Assembly: GCA_963693365.1 (NCBI GenBank)
Contig: CAVNZM010000004.1
Coordinates: forward strand, 12,490,468 to 12,554,467
Reading direction: 5' to 3'
From: Amoebidium appalachense
Lineage: Eukaryota > Protista > Ichthyosporea
DNA length: 64,000 nucleotides
The notes beneath the pieces were generated by a model. The model worked only from the letters and a program-made list of their open reading frames with translations, was not told the DNA's origin and searched no databases. Below are positions 1 through 21,937 of the stretch, in pieces. How positions within the stretch are numbered: the first letter of the stretch is position 1; each line of letters begins with the position of its first letter. A program made the translations under genes and the position numbers.

Positions 1-300
1 CACCATCGTTGTCTTGATCATAGTTGCGCTCATGGCCTCGTAGGAATTGCAGGGTTAAATATGGGGATAGTGCTTCTAAGGGGATTGGGGTGGGGAGGTG
101 GGGAGGGGAGGGGGCGGGAGGCTTAATGGTGTGGACTGAAAGTAATCAGATACTCCGTGAGGGCAATTAATCAATGGTTGTTGGTGAGATAGGGCTTAGT
201 CGTTCGAATGGAATAAGCTTAGACAGATTAGGTTCATTGCTTTGCATCAAACTTGGCAACGTCACGTGTTTTGCGGGTGTCTGATGTAGAACTTGTGCAG

Positions 301-8868
<8,568 letters not shown>

Positions 8869-9057
8869 TTGTATGTGATGGCGCTTTCAGTGCTCCGAAA
8901 GTAGTCATTGTTTGGTGATTCACTAATTGCTCCGGCTTGTGTCCACACATACACACTCGCAGTGTCACACGGTCTCCTTTTAAATTAAATTACTTGTGTA
9001 TTTGTCGGCTTCGCGGGTGGGTGCGTGCGCTTGTGTATTTGTCGGCTTCGCGGGTGG

Positions 9058-9216
<159 letters not shown>

Positions 9217-9794
9217 AGGACAGGTGTGAAACCTGTTTGTTTTTATTTTTTATTTTATATTATATTGTTTTGATGATATGCATGTGTATTATGTGGTACA
9301 GATGTATGCACTCGTGTGTGCACACGTACGTACACATTGCCTGGGATCGATTTTCCTGGAGTGTTTTGGAATTTTGGGCAAAACTTGCAGGTCTTGCAAA
9401 TATGCTTATTCCGAATGACATCATTGCATTTAGTGTAGTACTGTAATGTATTTATGGGGGGCTGATGCTAAAAGCGTGTTGTGTTTCGAAAGAGCAGCAC
9501 TGGCCCATAACCTCACAGTGACTGTAGCTTTGCCCTACACATTCCCTTGCCTCTGCTTGAAAAAAAAACATCTGACAACCTTTAAATCCTGTGCACATGT
9601 GAAGTTCAACATCTACTTGCCATGGGGAATATTAGGCATTCGTGTAGCCACGGTTCATTTCCCACATGTACAGGATACATGCGCAGTTGTCACTAAGTCT
9701 TGTATATTAACCCGTATGTCTATCATCACTACTGGAAAATTCATCGAAGTTATGCATATGCCTTGCAGTCTGCAAATGTGTGGTGTGTCCAGCA

Positions 9795-9880
<86 letters not shown>

Positions 9881-10583
9881 ACCACCACCGGCCACCACCA
9901 CCACGTGCACCAGACACACACACATACACCAGGGGCAAAAAAAAAAAAAAAAAAAAAAAAAAACATTGGTAAATTAATCACAGTTACTTAGGTCCTTAGT
10001 CTTAGTCGTATTAGTGAAATGTTTCTTTGTGGTATGTCCCAATCACGTAAGTAGACTGTGGGATTTCCAATCACTAGAACCCGAGACCTCCGATCCGACC
10101 TTTGTGGCAGCCACATAAATTTTCCCTTATGGCAGCCACAAAGCGATTTGACGGTGTGTCGTTTTTGACTTAAACTGTTAGGCATCTGCCTGTGTGTCCA
10201 GCATTCCCCCCCCCCCCCCCCCCCCCCCCCCCCTTTTTTTCCACACACACAGGTGTGTGTGTGTATGACACACGCACGCCGCACACACACACACACACAC
10301 ACACACCCCTAGAAAAAAAAGAAGAGGAAGAAGAAGAAAGACAAAAAATGTATGCTGTTTATTATCGACGTGCATCATATCGTGGTGAGGCTGCAGCTGC
10401 GATAACTGCCGGCACCAGGCCAACAGTAATTCTACCCAACAACGTACGTATCTACATATCGACTTAACATGATAACATCACATGCCGGGGGAGTCATTTA
10501 GTGCTTTTTCTTCTTTTTTCCCCCTTCAAATTTGCAGGGTGTGATCCTACAACTACAACTTATAGAACAACAAAAAATTAGGA

Positions 10584-10645
<62 letters not shown>

Positions 10646-11201
10646 ATAATGGATTCTATTTTGATCGGGGCATCACACAGGGCTAAAAATGGATATATAG
10701 TATGTACAGTTGCCATAGGCAAAACGAGACATTCGCTGAGATAGCCTCGCCGAATATTCAACGAGATATACCAACAACGAGCATTCTACCGTAAGGCTGC
10801 TAAAAGCTGCATGTATGAGCTCAACTACGAGGGTCATCATTTGCTAACTTGTTGGCCATGCACGAGTAGATTCCATAGAAAAATCATACTTTTTGCTATC
10901 TAACAAACTAGTACTACGCGGGTAAATGGAAGGAATACATACATGACTGGAGGAAGTGTGTAACACAAGCGCCTTTGAGAGTAAATTACACTTCAAGTTG
11001 GGGGCACGTGCGTTGCTTCATAACCGAATGTGATGTGCTATCGGTACTTAGTAGTAGATATATCTCAAAAAAACAAACTGTATAGCTTTCACACAGAAAC
11101 AAAGCAGCATATTTTAAAGGATCCTCTTGGAGTGCTGGTACCAGGTGGTGGTCGTTTTTTTTTGTTTTGTTTTTTTTTTTGTTCTTTTTTTTTTTCTGTG
11201 T

Positions 11202-11262
<61 letters not shown>

Positions 11263-11489
11263 GGAGTACCTTGCAACGGCAGACTAGAGTTGCTTCGAGA
11301 ATCAGCGTGAAGGTGAGACGATGAAGAGTAAGTGTCAGTTGTCTTAGTAAAAAACAAATCAGAAGCTGCGGATATAATCGACAATTGAAGTTCATGAAAG
11401 TTGTGTGGAATTTAAGTGCTTGAATAAAAATTTCTGTAAAAATAATGTTTGAAAGTGAAGTATTTGATGTCACTGCAAAGTCATAAAAA

Positions 11490-11940
11490 CGCTCTCACCC
11501 AACCACAGCCAACAGTTTCGTAAAAAAGCGAGGGACGTATTGAGCAGTGAACCCCAAACACTTCGGCTCAAGGCCTTAAACTTAACTTTTGAAGAGACTG
11601 TGGGCTGGGTTGGGTTTGGGCGCATAATTTGATTGATTGGAAGATACACACTTGCCTACATCCACCGGTCTCTCAAAACCAACCGAGATGACCACGACTT
11701 GTTGGCTTGCAGCCAAGCAAGCGCACTGTTGTATGCCCGCTGCGTATGCGCCAGCAAGGCACGACTAGAAAGCATTCCTTGCCGTGCCCGCTGCCTATGT
11801 GGCAGTAAGGCAAGACCAGAAAGGCACATGGCTGGCCATTCCTTGCCGTGCCCGCTGCCTAAGCAGTCGATTGCACTCTTGCACGGACACACTTTTCTCT
11901 TGGCAAGAGCCACTTCTGAAGGATTATTGACTCAATCCCT

Positions 11941-11979
<39 letters not shown>

Positions 11980-12149
11980 ACCACCCCACCACCACCACCA
12001 CAAAAAAAAAAAAAAAAACAGAAAAAAAAAACCCACCCCCCCCCCAAATTCACCCCGGTTATCTTCCTCTCTCCTTTGCACCTCGTACTCCCCCCTACCA
12101 GGGGTAGAGTTCTCTTGGCACTTTGATCTCCCTCCTTCCAATCCCAGCC

Positions 12150-12184
<35 letters not shown>

Positions 12185-12229
12185 CCCCCCCCCCCCCCCC
12201 TCCTCCTCCCCCAGCAGCACCTCCCCCCC

Positions 12230-12264
<35 letters not shown>

Positions 12265-12857
12265 AGGCTACAGGGATAGTATCAGGGGTCACATGTGAAC
12301 AGGCAGCCCGTTGTGTGCACGTGCAACGCTGCGCACATACACATACACGATTACCCAGACGTATAGGCAGACACGAGGCACAAGGAGTCGCCCTTACCAT
12401 CCCCTTGTCTCGCGTTGCTGCTGTTCGGGCAGCAGGCCAGGCACCGAATGGCCACCCTTGACCTTCCTTGCCTCGCATGCTGCTGTTAGGGCAGCAGGCC
12501 AGGCACGGAATGGCCACCCTTGACCTTCCTTGTCTCGCGTGCTGCTGTTAGGGCACCAGGCCAGGCACGGAATGGCCACCCTTGACATTCCTTGTCTCGC
12601 CGTGCTGCTGTTAGGGGGCACCGGGCCAGGCACAAAATGGCCGGTTGGGCAAACGATTGTTCCTTGTGGGTACCGGTGGATGTAGCCAGGTGTACATCTT
12701 CCAATCACTCAAATCTATCGCCCAAACCCAACCCAGCCTCCAGTCTCTTCAAAAGCTAAGTTTAAGGCCTTGGGCCGCAGTGTTTGGGGTTCACTGCTTA
12801 ATAAGTCCCCCGTTTTTTTAGGAAACTGTTGGCTGTGCACGTGGTTGGGTGAAAGCG
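11490..12857. mobile_element. Non-autonomous foldback/MITE-like DNA element with ~180-bp imperfect TIRs and subterminal tandem repeats
   Basis: 11490-11669 is the imperfect reverse complement of 12672-12857 (e.g. gaaccccaaacac..aaggccttaaactta..ttttgaagagactg..gggttgggtttgggcg). A ~62-bp unit occurs about four times at 12403-12642, with degenerate inverted counterparts at ~11740-11870. No TSD or transposase is evident. Confidence 0.8.
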
Positions 12858-13936
12858 ATTCTGATTCGGCAGTCTATTGCTTCAAGGTTGACATCCTCTG
12901 TATCAATCATGACAAAAACAATGACAATCATGCATATAAAGATCGAGTTTGTAGCATCTGCAGTTTGAAATTCTCAAATTGTACTTTTCAGAAGGAAGAT
13001 CAGACATAGACCCAAATGACTGTTTTCCGGCTGAGCATTAAAACGGTTCTTTGCAGTAAGTTGTACCAGTGCCAGGTACGTGAAGACCCCCCCCCCCCCC
13101 CCCTCCCCCCCCCCCCCCCCCCCCCTCCCCCCCCCCCCCCCCCCTCCCCCTCCCCGAGCCCGGGTCCGGGACCCCGTGCTTGCCTGCTTTTCCACACAAT
13201 TTTGGGGCCCGGGGGGGGGGGGGGGGGGGAGGGGGGAGGGGGGGGAGGGGGGGAGGGGGGGGGGGGGGGGGGGGGGGCGTTCGTGCAACAGTTCGGAATC
13301 ATTGACTCAGCCATAAATTTGCGTGGTGGGCAGCCCACGTTGGGGGACTAACTTTGGCGGGGGGGGGGGGGGGGGGGGGGGGGAGGCTAGGGGGGCCGGG
13401 GGGGGGGGGGGGGGATACCAATGGCACGCTCAACCTAACTTAGCTACTGTGACATGCTGTACGTTATGTGTATATACGAGATCTCCACACTGTCATGACA
13501 TTGTATCCAGTACTATCTAGACTTGGTTAGTAACGTCTTTATCTACACATACATACAAGAGCTTGTGGGGTACCGGTGGAAGTGCAGTTGTTTTGATGCT
13601 TGGACAATCAGTGGTACCGGCACCAGACTGAGTCCTGCTGGCTGTTACGTATACAGTACGTCATCTTGTACAATAAACAGCACATTCCCCCCTTCTGATC
13701 ATGAAGATCTGAGCTGTATCATACGGTAGTTGGTTGGATCACCAGTGGAAATTGTCCAATTCAACCCGGCAAGAAAAGCCTTAGGACGAACTTCAATCTA
13801 GAGCTAGGTTTTTACCGTTAAGTGTTTCCGGGTCGACTCAAGCACACACAAACCCCCAAACCCCCACACGCACGTGTGCCCTCGTTTATATATTGCTCAC
13901 ACATGCAACAGTCACAGAACAGAAGCAGGCAGCAAG

Positions 13937-13970
<34 letters not shown>

Positions 13971-14290
13971 TTCGACATGCGCATTCAATACTAGTAATTT
14001 GAAACTTCCCACATTCGAATCCTCTCCAAGGTTTCCAGGGGGATACTACATTCTATAATTTGAGAACGGCGGAGTACTACTACATGTGCGGTGGTACACT
14101 GTGTAGTGTGTATGTGCGTATAATATGTGCAGTGTGCGTGCGTGTAGGCGTGTGCACGCGGCGCGCGTGCATGCATGTGTGCGCATATACCTGCAGTTGG
14201 TATCAATATACATTGTCAATCAGACCGTATACATAAACCGTGTTCTTATTTAACACCGAGTCTTATTTCGAGTTCCAGCGCCGGCGGCAG

Positions 14291-14338
<48 letters not shown>

Positions 14339-14354
14339 TCGAATGCGCCATGAA

Positions 14355-14432
14355 AGTACGAAGTACACATTTACAACGGACAGCCCAATGCACGGTGCAA
14401 ATCACACAGAAAGGTATAGTAAATAGAGCTTA

Positions 14433-14491
<59 letters not shown>

Positions 14492-14655
14492 AAAAAAAAA
14501 AAAAAGAAAAATACATACACAACGATGACACCTGGTCCATAGGACGAGTGCACTTACTCCTCACAAACACGCAGTAGTACGAAGTACACATTTACAACGG
14601 ACAGCCCAATGCACGGTGCAAATCACACAGAAAGGTATAGTAAATAGAGCTTATC

Positions 14656-14686
<31 letters not shown>

Positions 14687-14769
14687 AAAAAAAAAAAAAG
14701 AAAAATACATACACAACGATGACACCTGGTCCATAGGACGAGTGCACTTACTCCTCACAAACACGCAGT
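14355..14769. repeat. Recent tandem duplication (two units differing only in homopolymer length)
   Basis: 14355-14575 and 14576-14769 are identical in unique sequence. The internal tract is C48-A24 in one copy and C22-A23 in the other. Confidence 0.9.
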
Positions 14770-14774
14770 AGTTA

Positions 14775-14805
<31 letters not shown>

Positions 14806-15088
14806 TTCAAAAAAAAACAAACAAAAAAAACAAAAAAAAAAAAAAACACACCACCCACCCCGGTGCCAGCAGCGGGGAAGATGCTTCGTAGGGAAGGGGT
14901 GGTGGGAAAAAGGGAGGAGGAGAGGGAGGGAGGAGGGAGGGCTGGAACTACATAATACACGAGCGTCATCGATCACGTGTGCACACTTTAACTCGTACTT
15001 ATTTATTGCTCATTCCTCAAGAACCAAAGTACACACGAGAGTTATATGCACTGCATTTAAACCCCACAAACCAGATACGACCGTGCAC

Positions 15089-15564
15089 CTACAAGGTCCA
15101 CTGCAGGTTCTGGGCCGGCTGCTTCTGGGCCAGCTGGCCGGGCTTTTGCGTCTGTGGCTGTTGCCCCTGGGCAGCCATGGGCATGCCGAACCCAGGCATG
15201 CCTGCACCTGCCTGAGGCATGGCACCCATGCCAGGCATCTGCATGCCAGCCATGCCGGGCATCTGCATACCGGGCATGGCGCCCATGCCTGGCATCATCA
15301 TCGGCTGTGCCCCCATACCAGGCATGCCCTGCATGGGCATGCCCAGTGGTGGCAGGCCGCCCATGGGCATCTGCATGGGCATGCCCAGGGGGGGCAGGCC
15401 CATGCCGGACATGCCGGGCATGCCCTGCATACCCGGCATGGCCATGCCCATGCCCGGCATAGGTGTGGAAGGGCCATAAAGGGAGAGAATGTCGGCCCTG
15501 GCTGACTGCTGCGCCTGGGCTGCTGCTTGCGCCTGCTGCGCTGCAGCCGCCGCCTGGTTGCCGT

Positions 15565-15612
<48 letters not shown>

Positions 15613-16927
15613 TGTTGGTGTGTGTGATTTCGAGGGGTAGGGTGGGGATGGGTGTGGTGGTGGTGGTGGGGAAGGGGGTTAGAACCTATCTCTCTAGATA
15701 TAGGCTGTGCATAAAAAAATCACACGTTTCAAAGCACATCACTCACACAAGCAAACACTCTCTCAAGAATATAATGCATGGGATGGGGTTGCACCAACCT
15801 GCATGTTCATGGAGCTGAAGTCGGCGGTGAATGCGTCAAAGTCGTTTTGCCTGGGGGGTGCCGGGGCTGCAGCAGGTGCGTCAATGCCAAGAAGGTCGTC
15901 CCCAGCAGTGGATGCCCCACCACGTGAGCTGGTTGACCGGCCGCTCTCCCCGGGCAGAGGCACAGTCACACTGGCCTTGGTGGACTGCCGCCCGGCACCT
16001 GACCGCCTGAAAAAAAAAAAAGAGAAAAAACATTTTATGAGCAGGTTTGTTTGATATCCTGAACACATTAAGGAGAAGGGGTTCAAAACAGACTACGCAC
16101 CCCGTCAGACTAGCAAAATTTAGCCACAGGCGGCCAAGATTGCTATGGATGTGACGTTTACCGATTTACTACTATATATGGTAGTAGATCCGTGTGACGT
16201 CATTTCAGATTGAAATTTTCCCGGAAGTCTGTAGTCTGACAGGGTACGTAGTCTATTTTGAACCAATAGTCGTTAATCCCTTCTTCATTCGTTCCCTATC
16301 TCCTATCTATTAGCACGATTCTAGTACGATACTAGCAAACCCCTTAGCAACAGAACGCACCCGCCGGGGCCCTGAATCCTTGGTGCCTCATAGCCGTCGT
16401 CTTCGTCTTCGTCCCTTCGGCGATCACGGGTAGAGCGGGCCGGCCTCGGTGAGGGCTCGTCGTCACTGTAACGGCTGCTTGGCTTGGAACTGCAGCAAAA
16501 AAAAATGGCAGCTGTTAACATGTACCTTCCACGAGAAGACACACAAATTTAAAGCTCGATCAGAATCGATTGACCTAATTTTAATATCCAAGTGTTAGCA
16601 ATCCTTTTAAGTTTATAGTTTGATCTGAAACCAAACCGATTTGATGATTGGTCGACTTCAAAATTCCAATCTAATCGTCATCTGGTGAAAAAAATCTTTA
16701 ATCGGAAACACGTGAAAAAACGCATGTATCATAATAAAACTTTTTCTATTTGCGCGTCGCTAACAAACAAATGGTATCACTTGATAGAGAAATAAATAAG
16801 CTTTCTAGTAAATATAGGTTTGATGGGTTTCTGATCGGTGCGAAGGGTCGAAAATTACGAAAAACAAAGTGTGCCTTCTCGTAGAAGGTACATATTAGGA
16901 ATAACCACCATCGAGCCTAACAAAACA

Positions 16928-16961
<34 letters not shown>

Positions 16962-17425
16962 GGGGAAAGAAAAAGAAAAAAAAATGACCCCGACGTGATT
17001 TGAACACGCAACCTTCTGATCTGGAGTCAGACGCGCTACCGTTGCGCCACGGAGTCGACATGTCTATTACAGACCACGCAGCATAACAAACATAAATAAA
17101 TACCACCACATACACTGACCACTATCGAGCACCCAAAACCGAACAACTACAGCAATCTCACAGCCACACAGTGACACGGACACACATATGGCACACATAC
17201 TTTTTTTCTTCTTCAAAACTCGTGCCATATATATACACCACTAACACTTCACATTTTCACAAACTCTCCCCGTTGCAGGCCAACCATACACCAATATAAG
17301 CAAGCTTAATGGGACGGACTGGAGTGCCCAACACCACACGGACACCCATTAACAAGGACTATCGATTTTCAGGAAAAGCTTTTGACAAAAAGCGGGTGAT
17401 CTTCATTTTGTGTGTGTGTGTGGGT

Positions 17426-17491
<66 letters not shown>

Positions 17492-17572
17492 GGTGCGCAT
17501 AAGTTTGTGTAGGTCACGGTTTCATGGCCTGTGTGCATGAGTCCAACGTGTGTTTGGTGGTGGGGAATTGTC

Positions 17573-17628
<56 letters not shown>

Positions 17629-19295
17629 ATGTGTTTGTGCACGTGGAAAGGGGAGGGGAGGGGGGGGGGGGGGGGGACGGTGTAAGACAGCATCCAAGGG
17701 TAAGCGTAAAAACTTGGCATCCACGGTGGATATTACATTGCACATCTCGAAAAAAAAGGGCACACAATGAATGTACCGCTCGTAGGGAGGGTGGGGGAAG
17801 AGGGGGGGGGAGGGGGGGGGAACGAGAGCGAGGGGGGAGGGGGGGGGGCGGGCTAGGGAGGGGGGGGAAGGGGGGGAGAGAGAGAGAGCCTCCGGGGGAG
17901 GGGGGGGGGGGGGGGGGTTCGAATGCGTCAAAAAGTACGAAGTACACAAGAACAAACGGATAACACGATGCAGAATGCAAGCCATACATAAAGAGTATGC
18001 ATATTAAGCAGAGCCCATCCTCAGGGGGGGCCCACGTCATCCATAGTACCCGAGTTTCGACCTATTCACCTCGTTAACGAAACCCAACTCAGATAATGTT
18101 TCACTTGAACAATGGGTAGGTCACCCGTCTTGACCAGAGACAAGCAGGGTTGCTTATGCAGGCAAGGGCAGTGGGAAAGGCCGGGGGTTAAAGTTGCAGC
18201 AGTAAGCAGAAGCAAGAAAACATAGATAGGAACTCAGGAGACGGGGCTTCTAGGAAGCTCCCCCGTCGCTACCTAGGTCGATACTTCCCTGGCTAACATA
18301 CTACACCAGCTGAAAAGAATTAAGTCCCGAAGGCCGCAGAATTCGCAATCAGAGGGGAAAATATGAGATTTGACCCACGCCGCAGGGTAGTAACACGCTT
18401 TATAGGGCGGAACTTTACCGTCTTCGAACGGAAAGCTATGCCCCCGGATGTCAGCCGGAAATATGGTATCACCCATTGCTTTGGGCTTGAAAAAAGCCAA
18501 ATCGATAGTCCGAGTTATGTTACGCCGGCGGGTAACATGCCGCATGGGTTCCAAGGGAGCTGTCGCCAACAGAGCGGTGTGTGCATGCGTGCGCGTAACG
18601 CAATGTGTGAAGTGTGTCTATAGCTATGAGAGGGGGTATGCAGAAGTGGACAGATGAAGTGTGTGGAGAGAAAAACAGTAGGAAGAAAAGTAGACACCGG
18701 TGCGTGCAACCCCGCACAACATACATACATAAATAAGCGAAGATTACAGGTAATCAACCAGAACAACAAATGACAAGCAAAACAACAGGCGCCAAGGGGG
18801 AGGGGGGGGGGGGGGGGGGGAGGGAGGGAGGGAGGTGGATGCAGAGAGTGTGCCCCGTCCAATAACATCACCCTACAAAACACACATAAGCACCATTCGA
18901 GAACTAGGTGGGGCAAGGACATACCCATAGCGGTCTCTGTCGTCACGGCCACTCGACCGGCCATAGTCCTTGTCACGACTATCCTTGCTATCCCGGCTAG
19001 TCCGGCCATAATCCTTGTCTCGGCTGCCTCGTCCATACTCTTTGTCCCGACTATCCCGCCCGTAGTCTTTGTCCCGGCTATCTCGGCCAGAATCTTTTTC
19101 CCGATAATCCCGTCCAGAATCCCGGCTTAGTCCATACTCATCGTGGCTGTCTTTGGTGAACGTGGATCTCCCGCTGTCATTGCTGCTAACGTGTTTGTGT
19201 GTGTGTGTATGTGGGTGTGGGTGTGTGTGTGTGTGTGTGCATCCTGGGCATGGAATACATGCATGTGTGTGTGCATGCAGGATGCACGCATGCAT

Positions 19296-19326
<31 letters not shown>

Positions 19327-19346
19327 CATGCGCATGGTGCCAGGGT

Positions 19347-19377
<31 letters not shown>

Positions 19378-19601
19378 GGGGGGAGGGGGAGGAGGTTAGA
19401 ATGTGCAATAGAGCACGAGAACCTCCCATCTAATTAATTAATCACATACACACGACACGCAGGTGCAACCTCTGCGCATCATCACAAGGGGCCACCTTGA
19501 CTTGTGCCCAACAGCAAGAAGAACAAATCGATCTACATCCACCCCTTTACCGCCCAAAGCCCATGCCTGCAGCCATTATAAACCAAGAATGCACCCACGT
19601 A

Positions 19602-19636
<35 letters not shown>

Positions 19637-19758
19637 ACCACCACCAAAAAGAAATACCTCCTTCCCCCCCCCCCCCCCTCTCCCCCCGGAGCACCACGCA
19701 CGCACGCACGCACAGCCCCACAGCACACCCAACCCCCAACTCCATATATGTCATCCCC

Positions 19759-19804
<46 letters not shown>

Positions 19805-20184
19805 CCCCCCCCCCTCCCCAAAACAACCACCACCACCACCGAGGAAAGAAGAAAAAAAAAAGAAAAAAAAAATGAACTGCAACGAAACACCTTCAAGAAA
19901 ATACAGCCAAATAAGCAATTGCCTTTGCCCCCTCACAACCGCTACCAAATCCACCCACCCACCATCCACTACCCAACGAATGCACCATCCCATCCAACTA
20001 CCAACCCATCCACCCACCACCCCATCCTTCACCCACCATTCCACCACCCCACACTTTGACCCACCATCCCCTCCACTTTCACCCACCACCCCACACTTTC
20101 ACCCACCACCCCACACACTTTCACCCAGCACCCCACACATTCACCGACCACCCCACACACTCACCCACCACCCCACACACTTTC

Positions 20185-20233
<49 letters not shown>

Positions 20234-21189
20234 ACACCCACACACACACACTTTCACCCAGCACCCCACACACTTTCACCCAGCACCCCACACATTCACC
20301 CACCGCCCCACACATTCACCCACCACCCCGCACACTCACCCACCACCCAACCACCCTACCCACCCACCACCCCAGGCACCCACCCAGCACCCACTCACCC
20401 ACCACCCTGCCCCTTCGTCCACCATCCACCACCCCTTCCCACCAATCCACCACCCCTTCCCACCACTCTGCCCACCCACCCACCCGACCCCCCTACCCAC
20501 CACCCCATCCCCCCACGGACCTTGCGGCACTGCGTGAAGATGACGAGTAGTCTGTGCGGCGAGGAGGGTCGTCATAGCGTGAGCCCCTGCTGGCCACCCT
20601 TGGCGGCGATGGGCTGGGGCTGCGTCTGCGTTCGCTGTCTCGGCTGCGCTCACTCTCCCGACTGCGCCCCCCTCCAGTGCGGCTGCTGCGCCGATAGGAG
20701 TCCTGCATCATATGTGCACATGTAAGATCGGATAAAGAGCATACACTGATGTAATGATGTGCAGGAATGCTTACAGATAAATGAACCTGCCTCTGGTTGA
20801 CCACCCCTCGCAAACAATCCCCCCCCCTCCCCCCGGGCAAGAAAAAAAAAGGAACCCCCCCCCCCCCCCCTACACACACACACATACACTATGCCGCAGT
20901 TGATGTGGACAGACAAGGCATACAACGGAGAAGGGGGGGGGGGGGTTGAATGCGGAACACGGTACGAAGTACGCATACACGACGAGAAGCATGGTGCAGG
21001 ACACATGCAAAGGCAAACATTCAAGTATGCAACATCAGCCATGTGCACAGTATGCGTCATAAGCAGAGCCCATCCTCAGAAAGGGGGGAGGGGGGGGGGG
21101 GGGGGGGGCATGACATTGGTGGACAGACAAGCACAGCTGGCCAAACAAATGTCGAGTAGCTTAGAAGGAAGAACGGGCACATAATAGGC

Positions 21190-21240
<51 letters not shown>

Positions 21241-21545
21241 GGGTGTGTGTGTGTGTGTGTGCGTGTGTGTCGAGCGAGAGGGAGTGTGTGTATGTGTGTG
21301 TGTGTGTGTGTTGGGGGGGGGGGGGGGGGGGGGGGGGGATTGCAGACAACAAGAAACACGAAGGCATACAACAAAAGGTATGATGGGCTGAGAGGGGATG
21401 GGGAGGGCGAGGGTTTGTATATGTTATAGATACGAAGTACACATCATAACGGACGACACAATCAGAGTGCAAACCACATGTAAAGAGTACACATAATAAG
21501 CAGAGCCCATCGGAGGGTCCAAGTTATGCACATTACCCGTTCGAC

Positions 21546-21580
<35 letters not shown>

Positions 21581-21903
21581 AGGAAGGATGCATAATAGAG
21601 TACTAAGTACTTGTTCACGATGGACAAAACAACACAGCCGAAGCACATACAGGAGCACACCCTAAGCAGGGGGGTCTCAAGTTAAGAAACAAAATAAGAA
21701 GTAAGAAATGAAAGCAGACAACACAACGCAGATTGCAAAAGTACAAGCGGTGGGGAGGGGGGGGGGGGGGGGGGGGGTAAACAATGTGTTACAGTGTACG
21801 AAGTATACACTCACGACGGGCAAAAAATGCAGACTTTCATCCGATGGGTCTTCCACAGTATCCGACTCATTCCATCTCGCATAAGGGGGCAATAAAGGGT
21901 GGG

Positions 21904-21937
<34 letters not shown>

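Noticed and set aside
9446-11480. Gene between UFL1 and the foldback element
   Set aside because: No recognisable domain and no consistent exon chain on either strand.
12403-12642. ~62-bp repeats as a CRISPR array
   Set aside because: The units are head-to-tail with no unique spacers, there are no cas genes, the context is eukaryotic, and they lie inside a TIR element.
18273-18569. 98-aa ORF as a LINE zinc-knuckle or RNase H fragment
   Set aside because: Only CxxC and WVKSH resemblances are present; the expected His and downstream catalytic residues are absent. Not called as a CDS.
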